Source: Eledone cirrhosa (taxonomy: Eukaryota). Taken from it: a DNA stretch of 64,000 nucleotides. The stretch covers positions 66,154,001-66,218,000 of the forward strand of contig OZ024745.1 in the NCBI GenBank assembly GCA_964016885.1, in the 5' to 3' direction. Of this stretch, positions 41,894 to 57,311 are shown piece by piece; position 1 is the stretch's first letter, and each line of letters starts with the position of its first letter. A program made the position numbers and the translations under genes. The notes below the pieces were generated by a model that worked only from the letters and a program-made list of their open reading frames with translations, did no database searches and was not told the origin of the DNA.

Positions 41894-42764
41894 ATACTTA
41901 TACAGCAAGGTTACATGGTAGTGAGACTTGGGGTTTGAGTATATAAAACGTTTGAAGATTGGAAATAAATAAAACAAGAATGCTTTTATGGATGTGTAAA
42001 TTGTAGTATACATGAGTATACTATGAGGAAAACGTAGAATGATATAGTGAAGTCTGATCACTTGCAGCTGAATCTCTGAAAGGAGATGACTTAGGATAGA
42101 GAAAACTGGCAATATTTTGTAATACAGAGAACTCACCTTCACATGTAATTGGAATGAAGCAAAACAAAGAGGATGGCACACCACATACCTCCCACCACTC
42201 TAAACCTGAAGAAACAGAGAGTTGATACAATACTCACATACACCCCACCTGCCACTATACTCCTGAATTCCTTGTCAGCTTGACCCTGATCCCCTTTTCC
42301 ACCCTAAACCCAAAATAGCAGAGAGATGGACCAACTGTTAGGTTCTTGCCTGATAGTATTCACCTGACCTCTTCCTCAGACTGGAGAGCTAGAAAGGAAT
42401 GATCAACTGGTTGTGTAATATCATTGTTCATGAATGAAGAAACATAAGCTGGATAAAAAAGAAATGTAGCTTGCAAGATAGATTATATTGAATTGGCCAT
42501 ATAATGAGAGTAGAAGTTTTAAGTTGTACAAAGAAATGCAGCACATATGAAGTAGAGAGAACCTGTAGAATAGGGAGACTAAGAATGACATGTGATAAAT
42601 TGATGAAGACTAACATCAAAAAGCTTAGCCTCACAAAGATGATGAAATACCACAATGATTCAGAACTCACAATGATAGAGACAACCTGCCCCTTCATGAA
42701 AGCATGGTGAAACAGTCATTTGAAAATAAAATAGATTGTAATAGAGATTTGGATGTATAATAAT

Positions 42765-43560
42765 TTCTCTCAGAGTGAAGGGTAGACTGTGGATACCTGT
42801 GTGCAAATTGCAATGTTACATGACAATGAAACATGTACCTTGACTACAGAAGAACTGCAGAGACTAGAAAGAAAGGAGTCAAGTTTTTCTCCAATGGATG
42901 TGCAATGTTACTGTGTATGAGCGACATAGCATAAGCAAACTGAGGGAAAAACTTGGCATCAGAGGAATTGGTTGTAGTGTGCAAGAAAAAAGACTGCATT
43001 GGTATGGCCATGTGATGCATATGGAAGAAAGCAGCTGCATAAAGAAGTGCAGAGAAACCCCTGTAGCTCAGACTCATGGAAGAAGCAGATCCATGGAGAT
43101 ATGGGATGAGGTTGTAAGGACTAACCTTAGAAAGCTAAATCTTTACAACATAAGTGAATAAAGACCATGGTGGCTGGTACTACGCAGTGCTGAAGAAGAC
43201 CCGACATAGAAAACTTGCAAGACAAAGGATCAGGAGGATATTCCAGTCATGTTGAGGGCTTGACAACCTCCCTAGTGTTGGTGATTTACATAATAAATGC
43301 ACCCAGTACATACTGTAAAATGGTGATAGGAAGGGCGTCCAACTGTAGAAATCTTTCCAAAAGTCCCTCAGTTGAGTCAAATGCATGACAACCGCTCCTG
43401 GACACTCGATGGAACATGAGATTGTACATAAGAACACAGTCATTTGGCCTGCCTGGGATCTCGGTGGCTCCACTTCAGTAATGACTTGGTGTGTATAGAC
43501 CTGTCCAACCCTTGCTAGCAGGAAAAGGAGATGTTAAAACGACAATGATAATGAGGATGA
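42765..43560 (+). mobile_element. RTE-clade LINE 3' fragment followed by SINE-A-like sequence
   Basis: WMCNVT...LREKLGI....VQEKRLHWYGHVMHMEE..CIKKC......GRSR....WDEVV. Tail CCCTTGCTAGCAGGAAAAGG.GATGTTAAAA. Confidence 0.7.
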
Positions 43561-46500
43561 ATATATGCAAGCATAGAAAAATGGACATAAAATGGCAATG
43601 ATGAATATAAATCATTAGACCGTCTACAGAGTACACCTTCATTAAATCTCTATATATTGTATTATCGACATTCCACTCATCAATTGCTTTCTCTCCTATT
43701 CACTGATGGATCAAATTTTGAAAGTGACATAGACAAAAGGAGTATGGAGGCGTTTCCTCTTACATTCATAAGGAAGTTACACCCATGATTGTGTTGTCAG
43801 TAGTAATACACAAACAATACATTCAAAATAACACAGAACACTGATATATACAACACATTCTTCATTAGATGCTTGAAATCATGGTACAACATTTACAGAG
43901 AGCATTGAAATGATATAAGAAATATTAATCCATTTTATATCAGAACAAATATGGTGTTTTAATTTTATCAAAGTCAATTGCCAACAAATGTAACAGCATG
44001 AACAGAAACAAGCAGATTATATTTGCTTACTCTTACTACCATGCTATGCATGGAACAGATGATGCGTTATCTTAAAGTGGACAAAATACTCAGCTCTTTG
44101 CTTCCCATATAATAATAATACATATAATGTAAACATGATATTGATACTATTTGCTAACTATAATATTGTAGAATTCCCACTGATTAATTCAAAAGAACTA
44201 GCATTTCATCATCTTACATGAAATACTTTAAATCTGTCTATATTAAATGTCCACAATTCTGATTGGAAATCAATTGTGTAAGAGATATAGAACATGAACT
44301 CTCATCAAAGTTCTTTCTATGCAAGTCAATGATATGAACTGATGCAGATAATGTCAATAATGAATGCTATATGCATTAAATATTTTCAGTATCACTTACA
44401 GTCAATGAATTGCTTATAGTGCCTCAATGACCAAACAAATGAGCATTTAACATCACACACTACTTATCATCAATATTAACTCTCCATTTAGCTTCTTTCA
44501 GAAGTTATCCATTTGACTATAACAAATACGTTTTCATATTCAATATACCATTTATTTAGTCTAACCTTTTGACAATTATTATTACTGGGACAAAAGTGTT
44601 ATATGTAACATAGGCACAAACATAGCTGTGCTGCTGGTACTCCTAACCACATGCAATCCTATGTAGATCATACTACCCTTCATCATTCATTAACATTTTA
44701 AACAGAGTTTTCATCCATAAGGATCCTATATGCGATACACCTTTATAACACTGATTCTTAACCCATGTACCTGACAACTGAATCTCCTTCAAAAGTTCCA
44801 GTATTGCACTATATCTCATACACATGAACAACACAAAACTAAAGCCCTTAAATATTATGTCTCAAAACCTCTGATGCTCTATCATAGAGAACTCATTTAT
44901 AATATCACAAATATACATCCCAAAGAACAGATTTACTCATGAGGGACAAAAATACTTATGCCTTGACAAACATTCTAAATTTTATACAATACAATGACAT
45001 CCAACTGATGAGTAAATGTTCACTTACAAATATACTGACTACTGGCACTTGGATTTACTACTTTTACTATGTTTCGTTTACAATAATTATATTGGTCTCT
45101 CCTAATTTAGAAGCTGCATACCATCTCCATTCAAATGTTGTATTCTCTAAACCTCCCTTCTGTGATTCCCATCACCACCAAGATACAACATTGAATAACA
45201 TTTTTTTATCACTCAATATGTCAACACTGTGTCTTTAGGGAATGATTTTCTGGTTCAGTTTTCTGCATTCATCTTATCTAAGTAAAGTATTCTTATAAGT
45301 GATGGACACTGATTTCCCCTAATTTATTCAATATATTAATATTCCTGAATTTACAACATAATTAACCCTAGTAAAAGTATCAATTTTATTAACAGTGAAT
45401 AGAATTAATTGGAAGTTGATACAAACTGGTACAGATGGAATGGTTGAGTGAATAAGATACTGGAATATAAACAAATATGTCATGAATTCATATTCATGAT
45501 TAGGACATTTAATTTCATCTATGTTAATTTGTCAGTTGTTACACTGGAAAACATGGATGTTGATGATCATGAAATTTCCCATAATTAAATTTGTTTGATA
45601 TTGATGTCAATTTATTCTCCAGACACAAAATTAAAACAGCAAGATATTAAGTTCAATACTATTTTACTAATCTTAAAATCTCAAAGAAAATGATTGTTGA
45701 TAGTCACTAATTTTAAGGTACTTCTTTAGACAATGACATGAACAAATTATGCTTGATATTCTGTCACAGATAACTCATGTTGAAGAAAAGCAATAAAACT
45801 ATGAATTTCGTAAATGATAAAGTAGCACAGTTACAAAGACCAGCCTGATTATAATGACAGACAATGGGATTTTTCTTTACATTTAGAGAATATTGAAAAG
45901 CAGATAAAAACACAGTTTTCATCTATTTTCTTTCAGTCATTTTCTCATTCTTAGCTACTTTTTCCATTAATGTTGTTTCAGATTATTGGAACATAAATAA
46001 TATCTTTGCCTGAAATTTGCCTTTATTTTGTTTATTATTTTAGTTGATCTATTGACATTTATCCTAATCTATATTTTCTAGACATTTCCTCAATAGCAGT
46101 TCTATGAGAAAAAACAAGATCTGTATAAAAAAAATTTGTATCTTACTATGACCTTTCATTAAAAAGCAATGTTTTCTCAAGTATAAACTATTCTTTTTCC
46201 ACTGATTATTCCCAGTTATATTGTTAAATATCAAATTTCTGAATCTTAGTGAATTATACCAAATAAAACTTCTATCAGCAATGTTTTTTTAAGCATGATT
46301 ATATGCAAATAATTTATACAATATTTTTATGATTAGAGATGAAATATCCAATAACAAGTCCAACAGTTTGATCTGTATTAACTCTTGAACTTCCTATTTG
46401 ATCTATTTGAAAGATCCAACATATATGTCATTATGTTGTAATAATCCATTTTTCAAACTGTTTTTCATTTAATTCCAAATGTCATTCTTATTATTCATGA

Positions 46501-48224
46501 AAATGCAAATATAAAACAAATTCTATTTTTATAAGTCAAAAATCAATATAATTATATTCAATTTGAAATTAACTAAAATCTTTATTTTAAACATTAACAT
46601 TTAATGTACAGAAAAATATGAGAGATTTATAACATTGATTTAACTTATTTTATTGCTCTTTTATTAAGATTATAAGCATTGTGGGAATATAAATGAAATA
46701 GGCTAGATTTAAATTGATTAGTGTTCTAGTATTTGTTTGGTGAAAAAGAGAATATACTAGATAACCTTGTTGATCTTATAAAATATTAAGTTAATACTTA
46801 AGATATCTTTAGGAAGTTTGGGACCAAATTAATTTGGTGAACATTTTCACTTGCATTGGCCACTATGCATGCTGCAAATAGCTGTCCAATCTCCTTCAAG
46901 TCTTCCTATACAGCAGGGGTAATATCTTGGATAACGTTGTTCTAGCTACACTCTATCTAGGAGGGACAGAAGTGGAATGCCTTTGATCATAGCTCTGCTA
47001 ATTGAAGATTAGAAATATAAATAATACAACAAATCAGACAGATTATTCAAAATATTATCCACTTGTACAAGTTATTCAATAATACACTTATTCAAAACGT
47101 ATGAGTTTACCTCATAAGATATTGAAATTTTCTCAGTATTGACTTCATAAAAAAATAGTTATTTATTTTGTTACATATCTTGCTTATAATTTAGAACTCC
47201 AAACCTTAACAATGAACAAAGTGTTGGTTAGTAACTAAAATCTTCATTTTAAACATTAGGCAGGAAATCCTAGTGCCTTATTCAATATGTAAGATGAATG
47301 TAAGTAGGGATTCAATATTACCAGATGCGAGCAATTAGCATATGAGATTACTAAGACCTCCGATTGATACATCTGGGTAGTTGGATGTAAAAGCACCGAT
47401 AAAAATAAATCCGTATATTTCCTAAATATAGTTTTCTTTTTGAGAGTTTTGATCTGTATGAAGAGATTGTGCCCATAGTCATTGTAGACCTTCTAACTCT
47501 GATGAAATAAATACATTTGGTTTTCTTTTTGAACAGTTGCCAGTAGACAGGCATTAGAAAAAACATGGGTAGTGAGGGGATCCCAGAGGGTTGATGTTCT
47601 TGGGAAGAAGGATTAGAAATTATGATGTGCACATGCATTATGGAGGAGTGAGTTGAGTAAGCTTGAATGGACATGGCAATAAATGAGCCATCTCTAATGA
47701 GTAGAAATTATTACAATATTAATTGAAAAGAGAAAGATTACAAAGTGTGGAGTTGATGAAACCAGCATGATCTAATTATTGTGGGGCTATATCAAAAGCA
47801 TAGTTGCTAGAGTAAGAAGATTAAGGAAGAAGTTCAGAGTGTTGTTACCCCTTTGTGTAACAAAGGATTTATCTGTGTGTAAAAGGCAGACTGTATACAG
47901 CATGCATAAATTACAAGGCAGTTATACATGAAAGCTGAAAGTGGTAGATCTACTGAAGTTTAAGAAAATGAAGGTAATTGTAATAAGTTTGCTCTATAAT
48001 GTTAAGCTACATGAAAAACACATCAAGTAGTCAGAGACAACAGTTTGTTATTAAAGGCATTAAAAGAATACACATGAGATATTGCATGTGAATAGACATA
48101 TATGACTGGATGATGATTGCTTAAAGACAGTGTATTATGTGCAGAAAATAATATATGGGGAAGGTGGAAGAGGTGTTGAGATAAAGGTATATACTGCTCG
48201 CCTTCCATAATAAATGATGAAAGA

Positions 48225-48416
48225 ATAATTGTTTCTACATTTGGCACAAGGCCAGCAATTACCCAGTGTATTACTGGTACTTTATTTTATCGACACCGAA
48301 AGGATGAAAGGCAAAGTTAACCTCGGCGGGATTTGAAATCTGAATGTCAAGGACTGTAACTCTATGTGTCAAAGCATGGCGTCCAACCCTCTACTGATAC
48401 TGCCAATCCTCCACCC
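48225..48416 (-). mobile_element. SINE family B with target-site duplication
   Basis: Reverse complement of the 27-kb copy, with TGATGAAAGAATAAT on both flanks. Confidence 0.85.
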
Positions 48417-50910
48417 TTTGATGAAAGAATAATGATGAAAGAATAATGCAACTATTAATATTGTGTTTGATACACCCATTCAAATTATGCCATCATAGAC
48501 AAAAGGATTTTAAAATGTGACAAATGCTAATGGTGAAGGTGATGCTTTACTATTAAAGACTAGTTAATAAGTAAAGGAAAATAATTTTGTGCATAACATG
48601 AATGTCTCAGAAAAGAATTGATGGATAGATTTTATGGACAAAACCAACTGACAGAGGACTGAGGGGTAGACCCCTAGCAAGATGGTTGGATAACATCTAT
48701 GAGCTTGGCTGCTCTTGCTTGGGGATCCAGTTGGAGATGGTTGCTTCTGACAGGACCTGCTGGAAGGAGTGTTTGAGGACTCTTCCCCAATGAGCCTCTC
48801 AGAAAGAAGGAAGAGGGGAGGAGAAGGAGGAGGAGAAGGAGAAATGGAGATTTTCTCAGGACCTTGTTTTGATATCTGCAGTCAACTAGGACTATCCCCT
48901 TTCATAATCTTTGTTTGCAAAGCCAAACCATGATGTATCCACAAATGTTTATGTTTTTCACATGCTTATGTAAATTTCACTCATAATTTTTATGATTGTT
49001 ATATTGACATTTATAGTAGGATGTCTATAATAAAATAAAATGAAGTCATTAATGAAAGAAACATTAATATTAAATTGCATAATAAATTCATAATTCAGCA
49101 ATATGTTGCATATAGGAATAGCTTTGTGGTTAGGGATTTTACTTCACAACCACATGGTTACATATTCTATCCACCCGTGTGGTACTTTGGCCAAGATTCT
49201 TTTATTGTAGTCTCCAGCTGACTGATAGCTTGTGAATTAAATTATTTGGTAAATGGAAACTGTATAGAAGTCTATCATATATGTTTATGCGTGTTATATG
49301 TGTGTGTGTGGTGTAAAAGTGGTGTGTTGAGTTGCACTAAAATGCAAAATTTAGCTCTTTAAGTCTATCACATTTTCACATGTAGCAGCTGAGGCTACTG
49401 CTGCTATGATTTTCCTGCATTATATGAATGGCTAGCCTGTATCTCACTCTTCCAGACTTTTTAAGAATCTTATTGACCAGCTGACTTCCCTATCTTCATT
49501 ACCTTAATTGCTCAAAAGGCCATACTGCTACCAAATTTTTATAGCATTTCTCTCTGTTGGATCTGAGATATTTCCTCTCTTTCCCATGCATTCTCCATAT
49601 TCAACAACCAGAGCACTTCAATGCCTCATCCCTTTCACTGTCATTATGAACAAGTGCCATTATATCTCAACTACCTCAAGTACACTGCTGCCTTGAAATG
49701 TTGAGCACCACTTGCCATTGACCCTTGCATTGCAGAACATGTGTAAACTTCTTTCTTTCTGTCTCTCCTTAGTTACATCTGATGTCCTGCTTCTCTCTTA
49801 GTTACCTGATAATATTTTCTGCTGACCTCTGGTTACAAGCCAGTCTCTTAATTTTCAGAGCTCTATCTACTGCATTTTTCCTCCACCACTCTGATCCTTT
49901 CAGAGATTTGGTCTTTAGCAGGAGTTTCTAACTGTTTTTGTGTCATTCACATGCAAGCATTTTCCACTGCCCACTTGTATAGTAAATATTCAAGCACATA
50001 CCAAACGTTTTTGGTCAAAGTTTGTTACTGGTTCATTCCCATTTAGCCTCCTGTTTTTATTTTCATACAGGTTCTATGCATATCACCTTTGAATATTTTT
50101 CTGGGCAATATATCTTTTACTTTCTTAATACTTAAAATCCTATATTGTCCACTCACCCACCATTTTCTATGCAGTTGCTCATTGCCCACCCCACAGTTGA
50201 AATTACCCACTAGCAGGTGATATTGCCCAGGTTGGGAAACCCTTGCCTTCCATAAACCCTCTTAAATGTCTTATATGTTATATGTCATAAGTGTCAATTA
50301 AATCTTCTCTAAAGTGATAACCAATATCTTTCTTCTCCATATTGTCCTATGGCTTTGAATCCATTTACCCCTTACACTAAAGTTACTAATCACTAGATCA
50401 AATTGTGTGCTACACTCTTCACCAAGAAGAAACACAATATTTACCACCATATATATATGTGTGTGTGTTTGTGTGTACATATAAATTTAGTAAGCAATGC
50501 ACTAGAACTGTCTTAGCTAAACAATCTAAAGAAATAAAAATCTATGCATACGCACCTTTGCTTGTGGTTTTGTGTTTAACTTTTCTTACTGGTAATCTAT
50601 CACTGGTATTTTTATAACCGAAGAAACTATAGAACACACCATAGTAGGCTCTCATTAATAATATGATGGGGAAAATATTTTCAGATTAACATGTTTGTAA
50701 TAATCCTAAACTTACTTCCCATGAATTTATTCTGTAGATCATATTACTTGCCTAAGATTAACTTTGCATTCTTTAACAATTTCTTGTCTTAGTTTGTACA
50801 AAGTGAGTGTCATTTTCATATGCACTTTTATTCATAGATAACTAGCTGATTGATTGAGCCAGTTGGTTATTGCATTATTCATACTTAAGCATTATTATGA
50901 TGATAATAAT

Positions 50911-51097
50911 GCGGTGAATTGGCAGTATTGGTAGAGTGTCGGACATGCTTTCCAGCATAGTTACGTCTCTTTACGATCTGAGTTCAAATCCCACCGAGGT
51001 TAACTTTGCCTTTCATCCTTACGGGGTCGATAAAATAAAGTACCAGTAATGTACTGGATAATTGCTGGCCTTGTGCCAAAAGTAGAAACAATTATGA
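50911..51097 (+). mobile_element. SINE family B with target-site duplication
   Basis: Head TGGCAGTATTGGTAGAGTG...GAGTTCAAATCCC. ATTATGATGATAATAA occurs at 50894 and 51091. Confidence 0.85.
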
Positions 51098-54029
51098 TGA
51101 TAATAACGTTGATAGTGGTGGTGATGATAGTGTTGATGACAATGGTAATGACAATGTTGATTGTGATGAGGATAATGATAGTTGTGGTTGTTGTGATGAG
51201 AGTGACTGATAGAAAGTAATTAAAATATTGATGCTCCTCATTATATTTATAATAAAATAATATTATTTACTAGTTACAACAACTTATCAATAAAATAAAA
51301 ACAACCATACCTATAGACCATTAAGTTCTTGGCTATTAAAATTGAAGTGTATTTGTAATTTCACACCTGATGATTATTTGAAATAGTAAATATATATAAT
51401 ATTTATTTTGTTGTTGTTGAAGTGCTACTAAAATTGTTTATGACACAGAATATATTCCAAATACATCTTCCATAAAATTTGGATAGAATGGTTTGTTCAT
51501 TTGTCTAGATAGTTATAACTGAAGGTCAAACATCGAATTGACTTTAATGTACTGAAAAGGTAGCAAACCAGCCAATTTTTAAAAGTATAAGTTAAAAATC
51601 TTTCCATTTTTTGCTCCAGTTCTCTGCACTCTAATTACAAATCCCACTGGAGTCAACTTTGCTTTTTATCCTTTTAGATGTGGATAAAATAAATCTGTCC
51701 AGGGCAGTGAATTAGTGGAATTGTTAATGCACTGATCAAAGTATATTTTGAGTTCTTGAATAGTAGACAATCTAGCAGCCAGTTAAACACTGATAGCTTT
51801 ACCTTGGGTACTTTTAGTATAATTCTATCACAACAGACCATGAAAATATCAAGAAATCATCCTTTACATCATTGCTTAAATGATAAACAAATAATCCCGA
51901 CCCACAAACAGGCTATTTTCTCTTTACATATTATTTCACTTCTATAGTTGTATTTGCCCCATGATTTAGCTAGTTGCATAGCAACTTCACACTAATTACT
52001 CTTTCTAATCTCTCATCCTCAGAGTGTTTACTCTCTGGAATACCTCCCCATGCAGACCTGCTTTCTAGAATTGTGGAAGCTGAACATCTCTCATCTCAAA
52101 GGATCTGTGACAGTGACAGATACTGCATCGCAACATTGTTAGACCATAGAAAATTTAAAAAAGGAACAGGCTAATTTCTTCTTCTTCTTCCTGGGGGAAG
52201 AGTCCTCAAGCATGCATTTACATAAAGCCTGAATGCAGCCTTTTTTATCCTGCATGAATGACAATAATGTATAGATGCCTCTATAGTTTTTGGCCATATT
52301 GTAATATTTTGGTGGTTTCATTCAAGCCAGTTGCCAATTTGGTAACCCCCATTGCTCCATCTCCCCTAGTAGTTTACCACAGTTGGTCTAGAGTTGCTTA
52401 TTCATCCAGCAGAAGCCTACATATAATGCAACTAATCATCATATTTGGGGGTTGTATCACTATCCACCAGCTGTGACCTGTACCCTAGCAGAACATCTCT
52501 TGAGAAACAGGCTAATTTAATAGCGTCAAATTATTTATAGTTTGCACCATCTGAAAAGTGTTGTATTGAGTTTCTAAAAAAGAAAAAATGAAAAAAAATC
52601 AGCAATAAATATGTTCTGTGGATCAATGTTCAAATGCAATTAGTATAAAGTATAAATGACAACTATTATTTTTCAATTTTTTTTTCTATTACTGAATTCA
52701 AATTTTCCCTTGATTATAGTAGGATGGCCTTTATTGGATACAGTTGCCCTAATTGCAATTCACAAAGATGAAGCCTTAATATGGAATAGTTACATTTTAT
52801 CAAAAGGAAGCATAAAATCTTAGATTTATAAGAAAAAAAGCTATGATATTTTTAGATATTCATGTCCACTCAATAGCATTTAGAGTAAAATTAAACTCAT
52901 AATATCTGTAAGCAATGATCAAAAGCAAATTCAGACTTGGCTTGTTCATAATTAACTGTATAGCACTTATCGAAGATGAATAAATATAATAACTCAACAC
53001 TAATATTTTTTAGTTACAGACATATTTAAACATATGATGACTGGGATGGGAGAAAGTTTGGTTTCTGTTCCCTGAAAACATTGCAGAAATTGAAAATTTT
53101 ACAACTAATTGGACCTTTTTCAGACAACTTCCTTATTTATAAAGATTTCTTAGCCATAAGTTATTTATTAAAATTTATCAAAAATGAATCATCAGTAATT
53201 ATCCAAACAATTTTCTTTATAATCAGGATATCAACACAAAATTTACAAAATTCTATAAACACAAACCTCTTCCAGTGCTTCTTACACTGCAAATATTATT
53301 TCCAATTCCCAAAAGATTAATCTGATCTTTTAATTCAAAGCAATTTTGAATTATTGATAAAGAAGTAAATTTCTGATTGGTTTATAATGAGTTATCAGAT
53401 CAATGAGAATAAAATGCAAAACTAATAATATCAAATGTTGCAATTGAAATAGTATTTGATTCTCTTTTATTTTCATATAATTTAGTGATGATAAAGTAAT
53501 GTAAAGGAAAATGGGAAATTTGTCTGTTGTATAAAGATTATTAATGTAGAGATAAGCAGATAGTTTTGATAAATCATATTAGTGGTTTCTTCCAATGGCA
53601 AAAAGCCAAACTTTTGGGACAAGTATAGTTGACTAAATGAAATCTTGTACATAACTAGCAGTTGTTTTGTTATTTTCATTAATGCAGAAAAAATATAATT
53701 GACTCCAGCAGGACTTGAACACAGAACATCACTAACTAATATATCTGCCGTTTATTTCAAGATTAGATCCACCCTTTCTATGGGTTTCTAGCAGCCAGCA
53801 ACTTGTAGATGCTGAAGAGGAACATTAATTGTACTGGTAATGGAGGGCTGCAAAAAATATGAACACATGACTTCTTTCATCAAAAAAAGGAAAAATATTA
53901 TTTTTTCCTGACCTTCAATATCAATGATGATGATGATAGCTTATCTCCATTGCTAATTGTATTGGTCATTACCACTCAGATTGATATTACAGGAAGTCAA
54001 GTAGCTTATGATTTAGGAAATGGGTATGG

Positions 54030-54180
54030 TCAGATAAATCATGGATGATTTAAAGCTATATGCAGAAAATAAAATGAGGAGGGTTTGGAATGTCTTCAAC
54101 ATGCAGTTCAGATTTTCTCAAATGATGGTGGAATGGAATTTGGCCTTGAAAACTGCACTATTTTGATAATGAAATGAAGA
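54030..54180 (+). mobile_element. R4/Dong-type LINE RT fragment, highly decayed
   Basis: MDDLKLYAEN...FSND.GMEFGLENC matches the YMDDLKLY...FS.DI.M.FG..KC signature. Confidence 0.55.
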
Positions 54181-54555
54181 TAACCTCTCTTGTCATAACC
54201 ACAAGATAGCTTGCTATTCCTGGACAATCTTCACATTGGAGTTGGCTGATAGTCAGATCCATCCTATATTAGACATTAGATGAATGCATGAAGAACAGTT
54301 CCATCACTTTGTATGGTATTTCGGACAGTTCTGTATGACTGTAGAGTTTGCGTTGAACCAACAGTGGCCTCAGGTATTACTAACAGACTAAGGATTTCTG
54401 GAAATTTTCCATAGACCCTGGGATTAAAATCCTTCAGAACATACTGGCATACATAGTTGACAGTGTTTTCTTAAAAATGTTGTCACTCTTAACCACCATT
54501 AGTCCTCTATAATGTGAAATTTCTACTGACCACTTTGTCCAATTGGTAAAAGGTA

Positions 54556-56786
54556 TGTAGTGACCTACATTCCGCGGGCTCACATACATTCTCTGTGCGT
54601 GATTTGGCTCAGCTCAGCCAATCAGCGCCAGTAGAAGAGGATGTATCCGTACGCGTCCTGAGGGAGAAATTCCCCGCAAAGATTTGAAAAATCTTCCTCT
54701 CGCACCAGGAACTTCGAACCAGCAACACGTACAACATGTGACGGTGAGGTTTTGCACCTTAGCCTGCCGGCTTTCCGGCCTAAAGTAGAAACAATTATTT
54801 GTGCTACAACAAAAATAAACATACATTTCATCTCTAATTTCTGCTGTTGACGTCATTATTATGTTACTCGTGTCTCAATAACATTTATACACCATGCTGC
54901 TAAAATTGGTGACCTGACGTGAGGAATATTGTAAATACAAAATATTCCTTTTAAAATTTTAAAAAAATTAGCAGTATTTCAAAAACTTTTCGCCACGAGG
55001 AAATTTCAAAATGGCTACCGACAAGTCCTGTCTACAATCAACAACAACAACAACAGCAGCAGCAGCAGCAGCAGCGACAACATTGTTTAACCACTAACCA
55101 ACAACAGGGAATAGTGATATGGCAGCTTCATAGCCTTACCAACGCAACCACCACACATCATATTGTTTACTTCTATGCTTTCACATGTATTTTCAAAATT
55201 ATAGCCCGGAGACATTTTTTTTTTCTTTCGATACGGCTTCCTGCAATACAAACAAGCAACACAACCTTATGTCACACAAGGTGGCAGGACGGTAAAATGG
55301 CAACGAAAACTCTCAAAAACAATATACATCTAACCCCTAGTGGCATTAACAAACTTCTTTTTCAGTTTTCAGATAGAACTAGTGTCAGAAAGTCTGTACA
55401 CTGGTGATGTGTGAACTATTTGACTTTGAAAAACTTTGAACTTATCATTGAGCATTAATTTCTCTGCTCCCTTATATTGACTTTGAATTATTAGTTTGTT
55501 ACATTCACATATTTCTTTGTAAAATGCATTTACTTGTTTTGTGCTCTTTTGCTATTTGCTTGCTCGTGGTTTTTATTCATTCACATTCTTTGCTGTTTTA
55601 CATGCCTGCATATGCACACATTTCTTTGTCACCTACCAACATGTTGTTCTTAGTATATGTTCTTCAAACGTAATATTCTGCGAGATCCTTTTTCACCTGG
55701 TTGAGGTGCCGTCACATGCTAGCGACTCATAGAGCTTAATTCACCTGGATTCAAACAGGCACCGCAACACGAGAATGCTAATTGCAGCTGAACTCAAACA
55801 GTTTCGCATCTCGTTGCACACTCATCGTCCATAACAACCTCCATCTTGTTACCTTACCCGACTCACTGGGAAAACAACAAATAAAACTGGACTTGTCAGC
55901 ATTTCCACCACTTCTGTGGATTCGCCCGAATTATGGAATTTACACTACAACCCACCTACAGATTCAACTTGCTTTTTTTCTTTTCAAAGCAACCAGCCAT
56001 TTTTTTTCCTGGCTCCCTAGCACATTCGGCAATACATCTGGCAGGCCGACATTTTCTCGCCTACCCATCATCTTCTTGCCAGCACTGGTAATCTACCATA
56101 ATAGCTTCATCCACAGCTACTGGTACAACACTTACCATTAACATTTAATGCAAGAACGGCAACTTCGCCCATGTCAGACTTTATCCGTTTTCTGTTAGAC
56201 CTTTGGTGGTCACGTATAAACTACCAAACAGCTAGTCATTTGACACAGCGGCTCAACACGGCCCTTAGCGCCTCATTTTTTTTCTTTCATGCATCCTTCT
56301 GCTCAATTATTTTTTCACTGATGTGCTCTTTCAGCATTTATTCTTGCTTATTCAATAATCTATATCGACTTCCGTCTAGAAGGGGAGTATTGTAGTGACC
56401 TACATTCCGCAGGGTCACATACATTCTCTGTGCGTGATTTGGCTCAGCTCAGCCAATCAGCGCCAGTAGAAGAGGATGTATCCCTACGCGTCCTGAGGGA
56501 GAAATTCCCCGCGAAGATTTGAAGAATCTTCCTCTCGCACCACTTCGAACCAGCAACACGTACAACATGTGACGGTGAGATTTTGCACCTTAGCCTGCCG
56601 GCTTTCCGGCGCAATGGCACATTCCCTTTTGTCACCTCATTTTATGTGTAACTTCAACCATACAAGTTAACCAACATTATTTGTGCTACAACAAAAATAA
56701 ACATACATTTCATCTCTAATTTCTGCTGTTGACGTCATTATTATGTTACTCGTGTCTCAATAACATTTATAATCCATGCTGCTAAA
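54556..56786 (+). mobile_element. Non-autonomous LTR retrotransposon (Gypsy-like)
   Basis: Direct repeats 54556-54904 and 56391-56786 begin TGTAG. PBS TGGTGACCTGACGTGA at 54907. Polypurine tract AGAAGGGGAG at 56378. Flanks GGTA/TGTA give an imperfect 4-bp TSD. No intact internal ORF. Confidence 0.85.
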
Positions 56787-57311
56787 TGTACATGGGAACA
56801 TTCCAGATGCCAGATACCATTTCAGTCTTTGCTCGACCCAAGTAAAAGAGATGAGCTATAGAAAGGTGTACCTGGTAAAAGAAAACCATACATGTATCTT
56901 GGAACATTTGCAAATGCAATATTTTCAGCTCATACCTGTGCATCACCAGTCACAAATTTTGCTGTTATTTTGTGGAATGGAGGACAGTTTCTACCATCAG
57001 CTCAGGTGGCTTTTCTACCATCAGCTCAGGTGGCTCTTCTACCATTGTACCTTTACCTTTCATCCTGACATCTTTATTGACAATCAGATCAAGGATATTA
57101 CCCTCTCTAGGCTGCTGCAATGGCAGACAAAGCCTATCTGATTCTGATGTCCTTGGTGTTATCATTGTTCATGATGTTGCCATTAGTATTAATGCTGTTA
57201 TTTCTAATGCTGATGCCTGTAATATTGTTGGTGCCTTTCATTTTGTTGTCCTTTTTCTTGTCTATACTGTTATTGGTGTTGTTTTCCAAGACATTTTGGG
57301 CTGTTGAATCG

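Noticed and set aside
43600-54000. Host exons in the long AT-rich stretch
   Set aside because: Only short ORFs without recognisable motifs or paired splice sites; consistent with intron or intergenic DNA plus SINEs. Small exons cannot be excluded by eye.
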